DNA of 64,000 bases from a bacterium (GTDB lineage Bacteria > UBA8248): NCBI GenBank assembly GCA_965219955.1, contig OZ244799.1, positions 96,001-160,000 on the forward strand. Direction: 5' to 3'. Position numbers and translations under genes: made by a program. The notes below the pieces were generated by a model, which saw nothing but the letters and a program-made list of their open reading frames with translations, was not told where the DNA came from and did not search any database. Shown here in pieces: positions 9,985 through 19,387 of this stretch (the stretch's first letter is position 1; every line of letters starts with the position of its first letter).

Positions 9985-10174
9985 GGGTTCTCCTGTGTGC
10001 GGGATGATTATTTGCCATAAAACAACAGGATACCGCAGGGAGCCGGTTTTGAAAATGCGGGTTTGCGTCCCCGGCTCCCGGTTTCATTGATGCCTCGGGG
10101 CTGGTATATCATCCCTTCGGTATCCGGTGTCCAGCCGTCGCTTTCGGGTGCGGCGCATCCAAACGAAGAGGGGA

Positions 10175-10786
10175 ATGTCCCGCATGGATTTCGAGTTGAT
10201 TCGCGACGTAAACGCCCATTTCGAGCCGTTTTATCCCTATGCGGCGGCGGAGATTCACGCTGAATACGGGCGCGATACGGGCGACGCCCTGGAAATCGGC
10301 CCCTACGGCCCCGGCGTGGCGCTCGCCCTGGCCGCGCGCTGCCCCGGGATGCGCCTCACATGCGGAGACGATACCGAGCGCCTGAACGACTACCTCGCCG
10401 AGACGGTTGCGGAGGCGGGCATGTCCGCGCGGGTCCGCGTGGAACCTCTTGATAAATATAGCCTTCCGTTCGAGGCGGACTCTTTCGACCTCGTCGTCTT
10501 CCGGGGCGGGCTCTTCTTCTGGGAGGAGCAGGAGAGGATCGTCGCCGAGATGAACCGCGTCCTGAAACCGGGCGGGCTGGGCGCGCACGGCGGCGGGTTC
10601 GGGGCGGGGGCGTCGGATGCGCTCATCGAATCGCTGCTGCCCGAGGCGCGGGACTTGAACAACCGCCTCGGCAAGAAGCGCCTCTCGCGCGGCGATGTGC
10701 GCCAAATCGCTGAAAATGCAGGACTTGCCTCCTGGCGCATCGCGTCTGAACACGGCCTGTGGCTCTACTGGGAGAAGGCGGACTAG
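10175..10786 (+). CDS. Class I SAM-dependent methyltransferase
   Basis: LEIGPYGPG, LPFEADSFDLV, RVLKPGG. Confidence 0.85.
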   Translation: MSRMDFELIRDVNAHFEPFYPYAAAEIHAEYGRDTGDALEIGPYGPGVALALAARCPGMRLTCGDDTERLNDYLAETVAEAGMSARVRVEPLDKYSLPFEADSFDLVVFRGGLFFWEEQERIVAEMNRVLKPGGLGAHGGGFGAGASDALIESLLPEARDLNNRLGKKRLSRGDVRQIAENAGLASWRIASEHGLWLYWEKAD

Positions 10787-10810
10787 CGTTTCCCGCGCGT
10801 TTCACCCCCC

Positions 10811-11062
10811 GCAATTCCCCGCATTTGCCGTCATGGCGGGGCCGGCCGACCGTGGCAGTATTCCCCTGCGCCCGGATTCCGCGGCGTCATTTCTCAAGAC
10901 GATAATTCCCGGAAATACCCCGTCAATTTATCGAAATACCCCGTGAATTTATCTGATTTTATCGAATTTTACGGAAATTCCCTGTTCTCGAACGTGGCGG
11001 TGCGCCTCTCCATCATACGCCGGTGCGCAGAATATCCCGCGACGGCAAATGCGGGGAAATGC
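10811..11062. repeat. 252-bp element bounded by 22-bp inverted repeats, with an internal 21-bp tandem repeat
   Basis: gcaattccccgcatttgccgtc (10811-10832) and gacggcaaatgcggggaaatgc (11041-11062); gaaataccccgtSaatttatc x2 at 10912-10953. Confidence 0.7.
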
Positions 11063-11126
11063 GTGCTCAAAAGCGATCGGGGAGCGAGTGTTTGCGCGCC
11101 CCGGAGAGGTCAATCACGACCGAGAA

Positions 11127-11450
11127 GGGGTTGTTGGAGAAGTTCTCTCCACCTCATCCTGAGTAGCGGCCCCCCGACTTCGCACGGGACAGGCTCCGCC
11201 GATCCCCGACACCCTCACCCTGAGTAGCCGCCGAAGGTAAAACCCGACCGGTTAAGGGTTGCTGAATAATCCCCCATCGTTCGGAATTGACCACTGCCGT
11301 CATTCCGGCGAAAGCCGGAATCCATTTTCAAGCAGAATGACAATACGCCGGCTTTTCATCTCCCCGTCATTGGCGGGAACCAATCAAAAAACAAAAAACA
11401 AAGGCAAAACAAATGGATTCCGGCTTTCGCCGGAATGACGAACAAAACCG
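11127..11450. repeat. REP mosaic 1 (degenerate TIRs, CTGAGTAGC-type REPs, CGTC REP doublet)
   Basis: gtcattccggcgaaagccggaatcca at 11299 and its inverse at 11414; homologous to 57051-57320. Confidence 0.85.
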
Positions 11451-11524
11451 CACCGCCTTGTAGGAAAAGGTTGCGTCTTTCCGAAACGATGCGGGAGGAA
11501 TGGCGAGGCCACGTGAGGCTTCTC

Positions 11525-12082
11525 TCACCCGTTCAGCAGACTCGTCTTCGTGAACACGGCGTCGAGTTCGTAGCCGCGCTCGGCCAGGTTCTCGTGTCCG
11601 CCTTCTTCGCGGTCCACGAGGCAGATGACGTGCGCGACTTCGAGGCCGAAGGCCAGGGCCGCGTCGATGGCCGTGAAGGTCGAAGCCGCGGTGGTCACCA
11701 CGTCCTCGATGATGGCGGCCTTCATGCCGGGCGCGAGGTTCCCCGCCCCCTCGATGCGGTTCTGCATCCCGTGGCCCTTCTCGCCCTTGCGGATGATGAA
11801 GGCGGGAACGTCGCGTCCTTCGAGCGCCGCCGTCATCGAGACGGCCGTCACCATCGGGTCCGCCCCCAGGGTGGGGCCGCCCACGGCGTCGACGCCGTCC
11901 CTGATGCGCTCGAAGATCACCCGGCCCACGAGCCGCGCCCCCTCGCCGTGCAGCGTCACCTGGCGGCAGTCGACGTAGAAATCGCTCACCCGGCCCGAGG
12001 CGAGCGTCACCTGTTTTTTCTCATACGATTTTTCGAGCAGAAGCCGCCGCAGGGCTTCCAGGTCCGTTTCCGCATTCGTCAT
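11525..12082 (-). CDS. pyrE: Orotate phosphoribosyltransferase
   Basis: LASGRVSDFYVD, IRKGEKGHG, IIEDVVTT PRPP-binding motif. Confidence 0.93.
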   Translation of the reverse strand: MTNAETDLEALRRLLLEKSYEKKQVTLASGRVSDFYVDCRQVTLHGEGARLVGRVIFERIRDGVDAVGGPTLGADPMVTAVSMTAALEGRDVPAFIIRKGEKGHGMQNRIEGAGNLAPGMKAAIIEDVVTTAASTFTAIDAALAFGLEVAHVICLVDREEGGHENLAERGYELDAVFTKTSLLNG

Positions 12083-12092
12083 GGCGTCGTCT

Positions 12093-12413
12093 CTATGGTT
12101 CGGTGGATGATTCGGGCGTTTGTTCGTTGGTTCTGAGCTCGTGGTAGATATGGAGCGCCGCCTCCGCGAAGGCTTCGGGCACCATCAGGTGCACCGCGCC
12201 CAGGTTCGTGCGGCTGAAGGCGTAGACCGAACCCGCCGAGTCGTAGCTCAGGTGCACGGGGATTCGTTCGGCCTCGAGCCTGCTTTTCAGGATCAGGGCC
12301 TCCATCTGCCCGCCGACGGTGGCGATGCGTCTTAAATCGGATGACCCCTTCACGCCTTCGGGCGTCTTGTCGCCCCACACGCTCTCGCTCCTTCCCAAGG
12401 ATTCGGAAACCAC
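12093..12413 (-). CDS. DUF2007-like small protein
   Basis: EALILKSRLEAERIP...VHLMVPE pattern. Confidence 0.6.
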   Translation of the reverse strand: MVSESLGRSESVWGDKTPEGVKGSSDLRRIATVGGQMEALILKSRLEAERIPVHLSYDSAGSVYAFSRTNLGAVHLMVPEAFAEAALHIYHELRTNEQTPESSTEP

Positions 12414-12489
12414 CGCCTATGATCAAAGAAATCGGGCCGGGGCGCAAGGGCAGGGTGGGGTTTTGCTCGTCACTCCATCGTGGCTTTCC

Positions 12490-13959
12490 TTATCTTATCC
12501 CGCCGAAAGCGCCGAGAATTCTCTCCGCCCGGTCATTCAGAACCCCCGCCGCTTCCTCGTGGTTCGGGCCGTAAAAGCCACCGACCACCTTTCCGTCCGC
12601 GTCGGTGAAGCCGTTCGCCTCGACCGTCACGTCATACGCCAGGCTGTATCTCCGCCAGCCAGTCAGCCGCGCCCGCGCTTCCACGTCTACCGCCGTTTGA
12701 AGATTCGTGAACCGCACCGCGCCGCCCAGCGTATCGGCCGAGAGGACGATTTCCGCCTCGCCGAACACCGGAGCGAACCCGGCCATGTCGCTCGCCAGCA
12801 GCGATCCGCTCCAGGTCAGCGTGCCCGTGTGCGCGCCGGCGAAATCCGCGATGGAGGGGTTCCCGAAAACGTCTGCTTCCACCGCGATACGATCGGTGAT
12901 GCGGGTGGTGGCGAAGGTCATGTGCCGGGCCGACGTGACCACCCACGCGGAGTGCTTCGCCCACGCGCCGTAGCTGTAGAGCTCGGGCTCGGCAGGGTAC
13001 TCGTCCGCCACGGTGTACCCGATATCCTTCATGAAGGCGAAGTCCATTTCATGCGGAATCGCCCTCAGAGGACCGCAATAGGACATGATCATCGGGCAGG
13101 CCCCCAGATGGCCGAAATCCGGATCGCCGTCGCGGTTCTCCTGGAAGGGCACGTTCCGGCCCCCGTTGGCCGCCGTCAATGCCGGGCCGGTCCACACCCC
13201 CCGCTCGATGTCCACATAACGGGCAATCGTCTCCGGCACCGGGGTAAATTCGCGTCCCATATCATGCCCGATTGCGTGGCCGATCTCGTGAGCGGCGATA
13301 TCGGCGAACCACAATGGGCTTCTGGTGATGCTTTTTGCCGCCACCTCGAACCAGCCCGTCCTGATCGTAAAATCCTGCCCGACTATCTGTTCGTACCGAT
13401 AAGTCCCCCTGGAAGACCCCCAGGCATAATCCCACTTGGGATTCTCGTAATCCGTCTCGAAATCGAGAAGAATCCCGTCCACCAGGCGCGGGATGGGCCA
13501 TCCATTCTCGTCCCTCCCCTTGCGGGTCACCACTCCATCCGTTGACATGAAGGGGCCGAGCACGTCCTTGAGCCTGTGGGACCAGGATTTCCCCGCTCTC
13601 TCGATGCCTCCCCTTACGAAATCCGGCAACGAATCAATATACCCCTCGGAATCCCCGGTGAAGTCGATGTCGATCGTGTCCGTCGGGCCCGAGGTCCGCT
13701 GCGCGTACGTGATCCCGTTTTTGGACCCCAGGACGGAATACCCCGACGCGTCCAGGCCCTCGAAGCGGGGGAGGCTGCCGCCTCCTTCGAGACCGAAATA
13801 AGTCGTGATTGGTTCGGTGGATTTCCACGTATCCCGGATGTCCACCCCCGCCGTGTTCACGACCGCGGCAGGGCCGTAAGTCGCACCTCTCCCGCCACCA
13901 CCGCCCCCGCAGCCATAGAGCGTGAGAACGAACGACACAAAAGCGGCCAGAACCCTCAT
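12490..13959 (-). CDS. Surface lipoprotein zinc metalloprotease with C-terminal TbpB-like beta-barrel
   Basis: Lipobox LYGC plus Gly linker, AHEIGHAIGH, GH...IMSY, and terminal GGFYGPNHEEAAG...GAFGG. Confidence 0.7.
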   Translation of the reverse strand: MRVLAAFVSFVLTLYGCGGGGGGRGATYGPAAVVNTAGVDIRDTWKSTEPITTYFGLEGGGSLPRFEGLDASGYSVLGSKNGITYAQRTSGPTDTIDIDFTGDSEGYIDSLPDFVRGGIERAGKSWSHRLKDVLGPFMSTDGVVTRKGRDENGWPIPRLVDGILLDFETDYENPKWDYAWGSSRGTYRYEQIVGQDFTIRTGWFEVAAKSITRSPLWFADIAAHEIGHAIGHDMGREFTPVPETIARYVDIERGVWTGPALTAANGGRNVPFQENRDGDPDFGHLGACPMIMSYCGPLRAIPHEMDFAFMKDIGYTVADEYPAEPELYSYGAWAKHSAWVVTSARHMTFATTRITDRIAVEADVFGNPSIADFAGAHTGTLTWSGSLLASDMAGFAPVFGEAEIVLSADTLGGAVRFTNLQTAVDVEARARLTGWRRYSLAYDVTVEANGFTDADGKVVGGFYGPNHEEAAGVLNDRAERILGAFGGIR

Positions 13960-14337
13960 AATCTCTCCCCCTGTTTTTATCCTGCGCCCTGAAAATCCGG
14001 CGCAATTCCCGAAAGGCGGCGACCCGCCCGGGAAACCGCGGCCAGGGAGCGCGGACTTCCGGGAGGGAGGCGTCATCCGGAACGATCTCGATCAGCGGCG
14101 GTTGCAACGAACCATACAAGGTTATTGACCGATAAGTCAATAAGTATGGATGGAGGGCTGGAATTCTTCTCGCCCGCCCGGCGGCCCGCGCAGCCGCGCC
14201 CCTTCCCGAAGCGAAGCCGGAACGCCCGAAAAATCCCCGCAAGCGCGCATTTGCCCGCATTTCCCCGCATTTGCGGTGCAGGGCCGCCGCCGTTTATCTC
14301 ACCATTTGCTGAACCCGATACGGAAAGGAGAAAGCGC

Positions 14338-15015
14338 ATGACGACGCAGACAGAAACGGAAGCAGGGGAAGAAACCAACGAAGAGTCAACGGAAGAAACG
14401 GCGGAGCAGCAGAGCGAAACGCAGGAGGAAAGCGAAATCGACCTGGAGGCGATTTTCAACGGCATCCTCGCCATGCACCGGACCCTGGACCTCATGGCCA
14501 CCACCCTCTCGGCCGTTTCCGTGAAAGGACCGGCCGGACCTCCGGGCCCGCCGGGCGAAAAGGGCGACCCCGGCGCGCAGGGACCCAAAGGCGACAAGGG
14601 CGACCGGGGTGAAACGGGCGCGACCGGGTCGCAGGGGCCGCAAGGATTACAGGGGCCTCAAGGTCCCCAGGGCGAGCAGGGACCACAAGGGCCGCGGGGT
14701 CCGCAAGGCATTCCGGGCGAACCGGGTCCGCAGGGTCTTCCCGGCGAGCAGGGTCCGCAAGGACCGCAGGGTGAGCAAGGCCTCAAGGGCGATCCCGGCC
14801 AGGATGGCGCGCCCGGTGAACAGGGGCCTCAAGGCGAACGCGGTCCGCGCGGATACACGGGCGCGACCGGCGCGCGAGGTCCGCGAGGATTGCAAGGGCC
14901 TCAAGGCGATCAGGGCGATCAGGGGCCGCCGGGAAGAGATGGCAAAGATGGCGTCTGCACGTGTCCCGGCGGCGGCAGCGACGACGACGGCATCGATGAT
15001 GACGACGGAATCTAG
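14338..15015 (+). CDS. Collagen-like protein
   Basis: AGGAG RBS; 48 uninterrupted Gly-X-Y triplets (14527-14958) between acidic N- and C-termini. Confidence 0.88.
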   Translation: MTTQTETEAGEETNEESTEETAEQQSETQEESEIDLEAIFNGILAMHRTLDLMATTLSAVSVKGPAGPPGPPGEKGDPGAQGPKGDKGDRGETGATGSQGPQGLQGPQGPQGEQGPQGPRGPQGIPGEPGPQGLPGEQGPQGPQGEQGLKGDPGQDGAPGEQGPQGERGPRGYTGATGARGPRGLQGPQGDQGDQGPPGRDGKDGVCTCPGGGSDDDGIDDDDGI

Positions 15016-15018
15016 CGG

Positions 15019-15591
15019 ATGCCGGGGGAATTTCCGTTTCGAATGAACGCGCGCCGGGGGGACGCCGGCGAATGGCGGCGCCTGCTGAGCGACGCCCTGG
15101 TTCGCGGGACGCCTGAAGAGCCGGTTGTCAGCCGGAAGGGGGGGCGGCGCTCCATGCTCCTGGACATGCGCCTTCCGCTGACGAGCGGCGTCCGGGCAGG
15201 CTGGATCGGTGAACAGCTTGCCTGGGCGCTGCGCGGCGGCTTCTTCGATGCCCGGGCCGTCGCGAGCAGCGGCGTTCCGGGAACGCTGGCCGTCGGCGCC
15301 GTACTCGCGCAGCTTCCCGACATGGAAGCCTGCATCATCCGTGATAAACGGAAAACATACGGCAGGCGCCGTCTCGTGGAGGGCGCCCGGCCCGGGAGCG
15401 CCGTCTATATCGACGATATCATGGCGGGTGGCTACACAGCGCTTCGGGCCATCAGGGTGCTGGAGGCGGAAGGCGTCCGCGTCGAGGGCGTGCTGACGAT
15501 CGTCCGCTTCGGCTGGAGCCGGGGGGCAGCGCGCCTGTCCTCCGCCGGCGTCAAAGCGGCCCACCTGGTGCATCTGGAGAAAACAGGGTAG
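15019..15591 (+). CDS. Divergent PyrE-like type I phosphoribosyltransferase
   Basis: IIRDKRKTYGRRRLVEG loop and YIDDIMAGG PRPP-loop variant. Confidence 0.7.
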   Translation: MPGEFPFRMNARRGDAGEWRRLLSDALVRGTPEEPVVSRKGGRRSMLLDMRLPLTSGVRAGWIGEQLAWALRGGFFDARAVASSGVPGTLAVGAVLAQLPDMEACIIRDKRKTYGRRRLVEGARPGSAVYIDDIMAGGYTALRAIRVLEAEGVRVEGVLTIVRFGWSRGAARLSSAGVKAAHLVHLEKTG

Positions 15592-15659
15592 CGGTCTCAT
15601 TTTGAATCCGGGCCGCCTCCGGCGACGTCCGGGTTTTTCTCGTCATTCCGGCTTACACG

Positions 15660-16958
15660 TCACAGCCACGCGAACTTCACGGCGAACAGGAGCGCGACCC
15701 CGAGCAGCGTCGGCGAGCAGTCGCGCCCGCGCCCCGCCATCAATTTGATCAGCACGTAGGTGATGACGCCCAGGCCGATGCCGTCGGCGATGGAGAACGT
15801 CAGCGGGATGGCGATGACGGTCATGATCGCCGCGGCCGACTCGGTGATGTCGCCCCAGTCCAGGTCCATGAGCGGTCGCGCCATCAGGCACGCCACGTAG
15901 AGGATGGCCGCCGCCGTCGCGTAGGGCGGAATCGAGCCTGCGAGCGGCGCGAAGAACAGGCAGGCGAGGAACAACGCGGCCACGACGACCGCGCTCAGGC
16001 CCGTGCGCCCGCCCGCGCCGGTCCCGGCGGCGCTCTCGATGTAGCTCGTGACGGGCGAGGTGCCGAGCAGGGCGCCGCCGACCGTTCCCGCCGAGTCGGC
16101 GATCAGCGCGCGCTGCATGCGCGGAAGCCGTCCCTCGTCGTCCAGGAGGTTCGCCTGGTGCGCCACGCCGATGAGCGTGCCCGTCGTGTCGAACAGGTCG
16201 ACGAGCAGGAACGTGAGAATGACGGCGAGCATGCTCACCTGCAGCGCGCCGGCGATGTCCAGGGCGAAGAGCGTCGGCGTCGGGTCGGGCGGCAGCGAGG
16301 CGATGCCCCCCCATTTGGAGACGCCGAAGATCAGGCCGGCGGCGGCGACGCCCAGCATCCCGATGAGGGCGGCGCCCGGCACCTTGCGCGCGTCGAGCGC
16401 CACGATCAGGCAGAAGCCGACCAGGCACAGCAGCGGCCCGGGCGTCGTCAGGTGGCCTACGGTGACCAGCGTCGCCTTGCTGCCCTGGATGATGCCGGCG
16501 TTCTTGAGCGCGATGATGCCCAGGAACAGTCCGATCCCGGCCGCAATGCCCAGCTTGAGCCCCTTCGGTATCGCCTCGATGACCCAGCGCCGCACCGGCA
16601 GGATGCTGATCGCCAGGAACAACAACCCGGAAACGAAGACCGCGCCCAGCGCGACCTCCCACTTGTGGCCGAGGCCGAGCACGACGCCGTAGGCGAAGAA
16701 AGCGTTGAGGCCCATGCCAGGCGCCAGCGCGATCGGGTAGTTGGCGTAGAGTCCCATCAGCAGCGTGGCGAGCGCCGCCGAGAGGCAGGTGGCGACGAAC
16801 ACCGCGTCGAACGGCATGCCGGCGCTGGAGAGTATCTGCGGGTTCACGAAGGCGATGTAGGCCATCGTCAGGAACGTCGTCGCGCCCGCCGTAATTTCCG
16901 TCCGCAGGCTGGTGCCGCGCTGCGCCAGTCCGAAGAAGCGTTCAAGAGTCGCAGTCAT
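15660..16958 (-). CDS. NCS2/AzgA-family purine (guanine/hypoxanthine) permease
   Basis: TFLTMAYI, APGMGLNAFF, DLFDTTGT, YIESAAG..GGRTGL. Confidence 0.92.
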   Translation of the reverse strand: MTATLERFFGLAQRGTSLRTEITAGATTFLTMAYIAFVNPQILSSAGMPFDAVFVATCLSAALATLLMGLYANYPIALAPGMGLNAFFAYGVVLGLGHKWEVALGAVFVSGLLFLAISILPVRRWVIEAIPKGLKLGIAAGIGLFLGIIALKNAGIIQGSKATLVTVGHLTTPGPLLCLVGFCLIVALDARKVPGAALIGMLGVAAAGLIFGVSKWGGIASLPPDPTPTLFALDIAGALQVSMLAVILTFLLVDLFDTTGTLIGVAHQANLLDDEGRLPRMQRALIADSAGTVGGALLGTSPVTSYIESAAGTGAGGRTGLSAVVVAALFLACLFFAPLAGSIPPYATAAAILYVACLMARPLMDLDWGDITESAAAIMTVIAIPLTFSIADGIGLGVITYVLIKLMAGRGRDCSPTLLGVALLFAVKFAWL

Positions 16959-17060
16959 GGGTTCCTCTCACGGGATTTGGGGGCGGGCGGTACCGGGCGG
17001 GTTCTGGTGGATGATTCAAGATTGCGGCTTAGTCTATTACAGCGGCGATGATTTTTCGAG

Positions 17061-17576
17061 GGGGGGACAGGTCGCGACCTGTCCCTACGCAATGCCTCAT
17101 AAATCGAAACGAACCCGTAGGGGTCTGTTGAAAAAGCCCTGATGAACGAGGATTTGACGCGACCGTGGAGGGGTGGTTTGTAGGGGCCGCATACATGCGG
17201 CCCTTGTAGTGGGCAAAAAAATCAGGGTCGCATATATGCGACCCCTACAACATGGATATCGATCCCTTGGTCTTGGTTTCGTAGGGACAGGCCTCCGTGC
17301 CTGTCCTGATGGCAACCATCCTGCAAAGGACAACCACGGAGGGTTGTCCCTACCATACGAATACATTCACCCCGCAGGGACAGGTCGCGACCTGTCCCTA
17401 CGCGCTGTGTGTTCTCCCGGTTTTCGTTTCCGGCAAACGGGCGGACACATCGGTCCGCCCCTGCAAACATCTCCGCATCGAAACAAACCCGTAGGGGCGG
17501 GCCCCTGTGCCCGCCCGTTTGCAGGAGCCCGTCAGACAACCCTTTTCGTCAGGACAGGCACGGGGGCCTGTCCCCG
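17061..17576. repeat. REP mosaic 2 (GTAG-type REP doublets plus a left TIR)
   Basis: gtagggacagg.../gtaggggccgcatacatgcggccc hairpins; gggtctgttgaaaaag at 17121; 17121-17250 nearly identical to 54989-55119. Confidence 0.85.
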
Positions 17577-17673
17577 CTGCGAACTATCCCGAAGGTCGGG
17601 AACCCATCTCCCCCCGTCTGGTTTCCCCTTCCATGAAATGGTAGTTTGTGCCGATTGAACGGGAGGAGACCCC

Positions 17674-18591
17674 TTGCGACATTTCCGCCTCATCATTCTA
17701 GCGTTGTGGCTCGTGAGCCTCATCCCGTGCGCCGACGCCCTCGCCGGACCCGCGAAGCCGGGCGGCCCCTCCGCATCGGCTCCTTTCGTGGTGGTGATCG
17801 ACCCCGGCCACGGGGGGCGGGATGCGGGAAGCCGCGGCGCGCTGCTTCTGGAGAAGGATTTCACGCTGCGCGCGGCGGGCATGCTGGCCGCGCTCCTCGC
17901 AAGACGCTCCGAAGTCAAGGCGATTCTCACGCGCGAGGCCGACACGGAGATGACCGCCGTGCAGCGCGCCTCGGTGGCGAACTACAACGCCGCCGCCTTG
18001 TTCCTCACCCTTCATGCGGACGCCTCCTGGCGGCCCGGCGCGCGCGGGCCGGCCATCATGGTGGCGGCGCCCAGGCGTCCGCCGCGCGTGGCGGGAGAGG
18101 CGGCCCAGGCCGTGGCGTTCCGGTGGCAGCGCAGCCAGAACATCCACCTGGCCTCGAACCGCCGCTTCGCACTGAGCCTCCAGAGGCGCTTCGCCGCCAT
18201 TCGCGCGGGTGAGCGCCCGCCGATCCACATTCTGGCCGTACGCAATCTGGAAGGCGTGCGCATGCCCGCGGCCTACGTGAGCCTGGGCGTCATCAGTACG
18301 CCCGAAGACGAGGCGCGCCTGAGCGAGACGGGAGAAGAAGACCCCTATCTCACGGCGATCGCCAGGGCGGTGCTCAAGTTCGCGGGCCTCACGGAAGACC
18401 TGCCGCCCAAACCGCCTGCGCCGGTCGAGGCCGCGCCGTCTGATGACGCGTCGTCCGAATCGCCGCAGCCGCCCGATTCGTCTGAACAGGCGGGGTCTTC
18501 CGGCACTGCAACTGCGCCGCCTGAATCGCCGCAGCCTGAGGTGAGCGCGCCCGATGCGCAAAACGCCGCACCGGCGGGGGAGGAACGCTAG
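17674..18591 (+). CDS. N-acetylmuramoyl-L-alanine amidase (Amidase_3), possibly catalytically impaired
   Basis: Signal peptide, VVIDPGHGG, EK, LTRE.D, TLHAD; Pro/Ser-rich tail. Confidence 0.85.
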   Translation: MRHFRLIILALWLVSLIPCADALAGPAKPGGPSASAPFVVVIDPGHGGRDAGSRGALLLEKDFTLRAAGMLAALLARRSEVKAILTREADTEMTAVQRASVANYNAAALFLTLHADASWRPGARGPAIMVAAPRRPPRVAGEAAQAVAFRWQRSQNIHLASNRRFALSLQRRFAAIRAGERPPIHILAVRNLEGVRMPAAYVSLGVISTPEDEARLSETGEEDPYLTAIARAVLKFAGLTEDLPPKPPAPVEAAPSDDASSESPQPPDSSEQAGSSGTATAPPESPQPEVSAPDAQNAAPAGEER

Positions 18592-18592
18592 G

Positions 18593-19387
18593 ATGGTCAG
18601 GAAACTCGGGCTGGCCGTCCTGATCGTCGCCGTGAGCGGAGCGCTCGTGTGGAATTTTCAGGAAGCCGTTCTGGACTTCCTGGAGCGGGGCCGCGACGCC
18701 GCGCTCGACCCCGCGCGGCGAGGCGCCGAGCGCGCGCCGAGCGTGAAGAAGACGCTTTATTTCGCGGGCGCGGAAGAGAACCTGCTGGTTCCCTATCCCG
18801 TGGAGGTGGAGATCGGAAAGGACAACGTCGATACCCTGCGCAACCTGCTCGCGGCCCTCATCGCCGGACCCAAGGGGGAGGGATACGCTCCGGTTATCCC
18901 GAAGGGCACGAAGCTGCGCGTGACGTTTCCGGGGCCGGACGGGGTCGCCTACGTCGATTTCGACGAGACTTTGAGAGACGACCACCCGGGCGGCGCCTGG
19001 GCGGAGTTGATGACCGCCTACGGCGTCGCCAGCACCGTGGTCAAGAATTTCCCGGATCTCTTCGATCGCGTCGTGCTGCTCATCGGAGGGCAGGAGGCGC
19101 AGAGCATCGCCGGTTCCCTCGCCATCACGGGTCCGCTCCGGGTGCGCGAGGAGTTGATCTCGGAGAGGGTTTCCTCCCCCACGGCGGGTGGTTCTTCCCC
19201 GGCGGCATCAAATGAGGCGGCGGTGAGCGGCGTGCCCGCGACGGCCACCGGGCAGCCTCCCGCGAGCGCGGTGGGCGTGCCGAAGGAGACCCTCCCGCCG
19301 GTGGGAAGCGCTCCGGTCGATCCGGTGGGCGTGCCGCAGAAAAAGCCGGACGTGGACGCGGTGGGCGCGCCGGATAGGGGGCGTTGA
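18593..19387 (+). CDS. GerMN domain protein
   Basis: N-terminal TM segment, LYF...LIAGP...IPKGTKL...AYVDF; follows the amidase. Confidence 0.8.
   Translation: MVRKLGLAVLIVAVSGALVWNFQEAVLDFLERGRDAALDPARRGAERAPSVKKTLYFAGAEENLLVPYPVEVEIGKDNVDTLRNLLAALIAGPKGEGYAPVIPKGTKLRVTFPGPDGVAYVDFDETLRDDHPGGAWAELMTAYGVASTVVKNFPDLFDRVVLLIGGQEAQSIAGSLAITGPLRVREELISERVSSPTAGGSSPAASNEAAVSGVPATATGQPPASAVGVPKETLPPVGSAPVDPVGVPQKKPDVDAVGAPDRGR

Noticed and set aside
14338-15015. Prophage tail-fibre remnant
   Set aside because: No integrase, structural or other phage genes nearby
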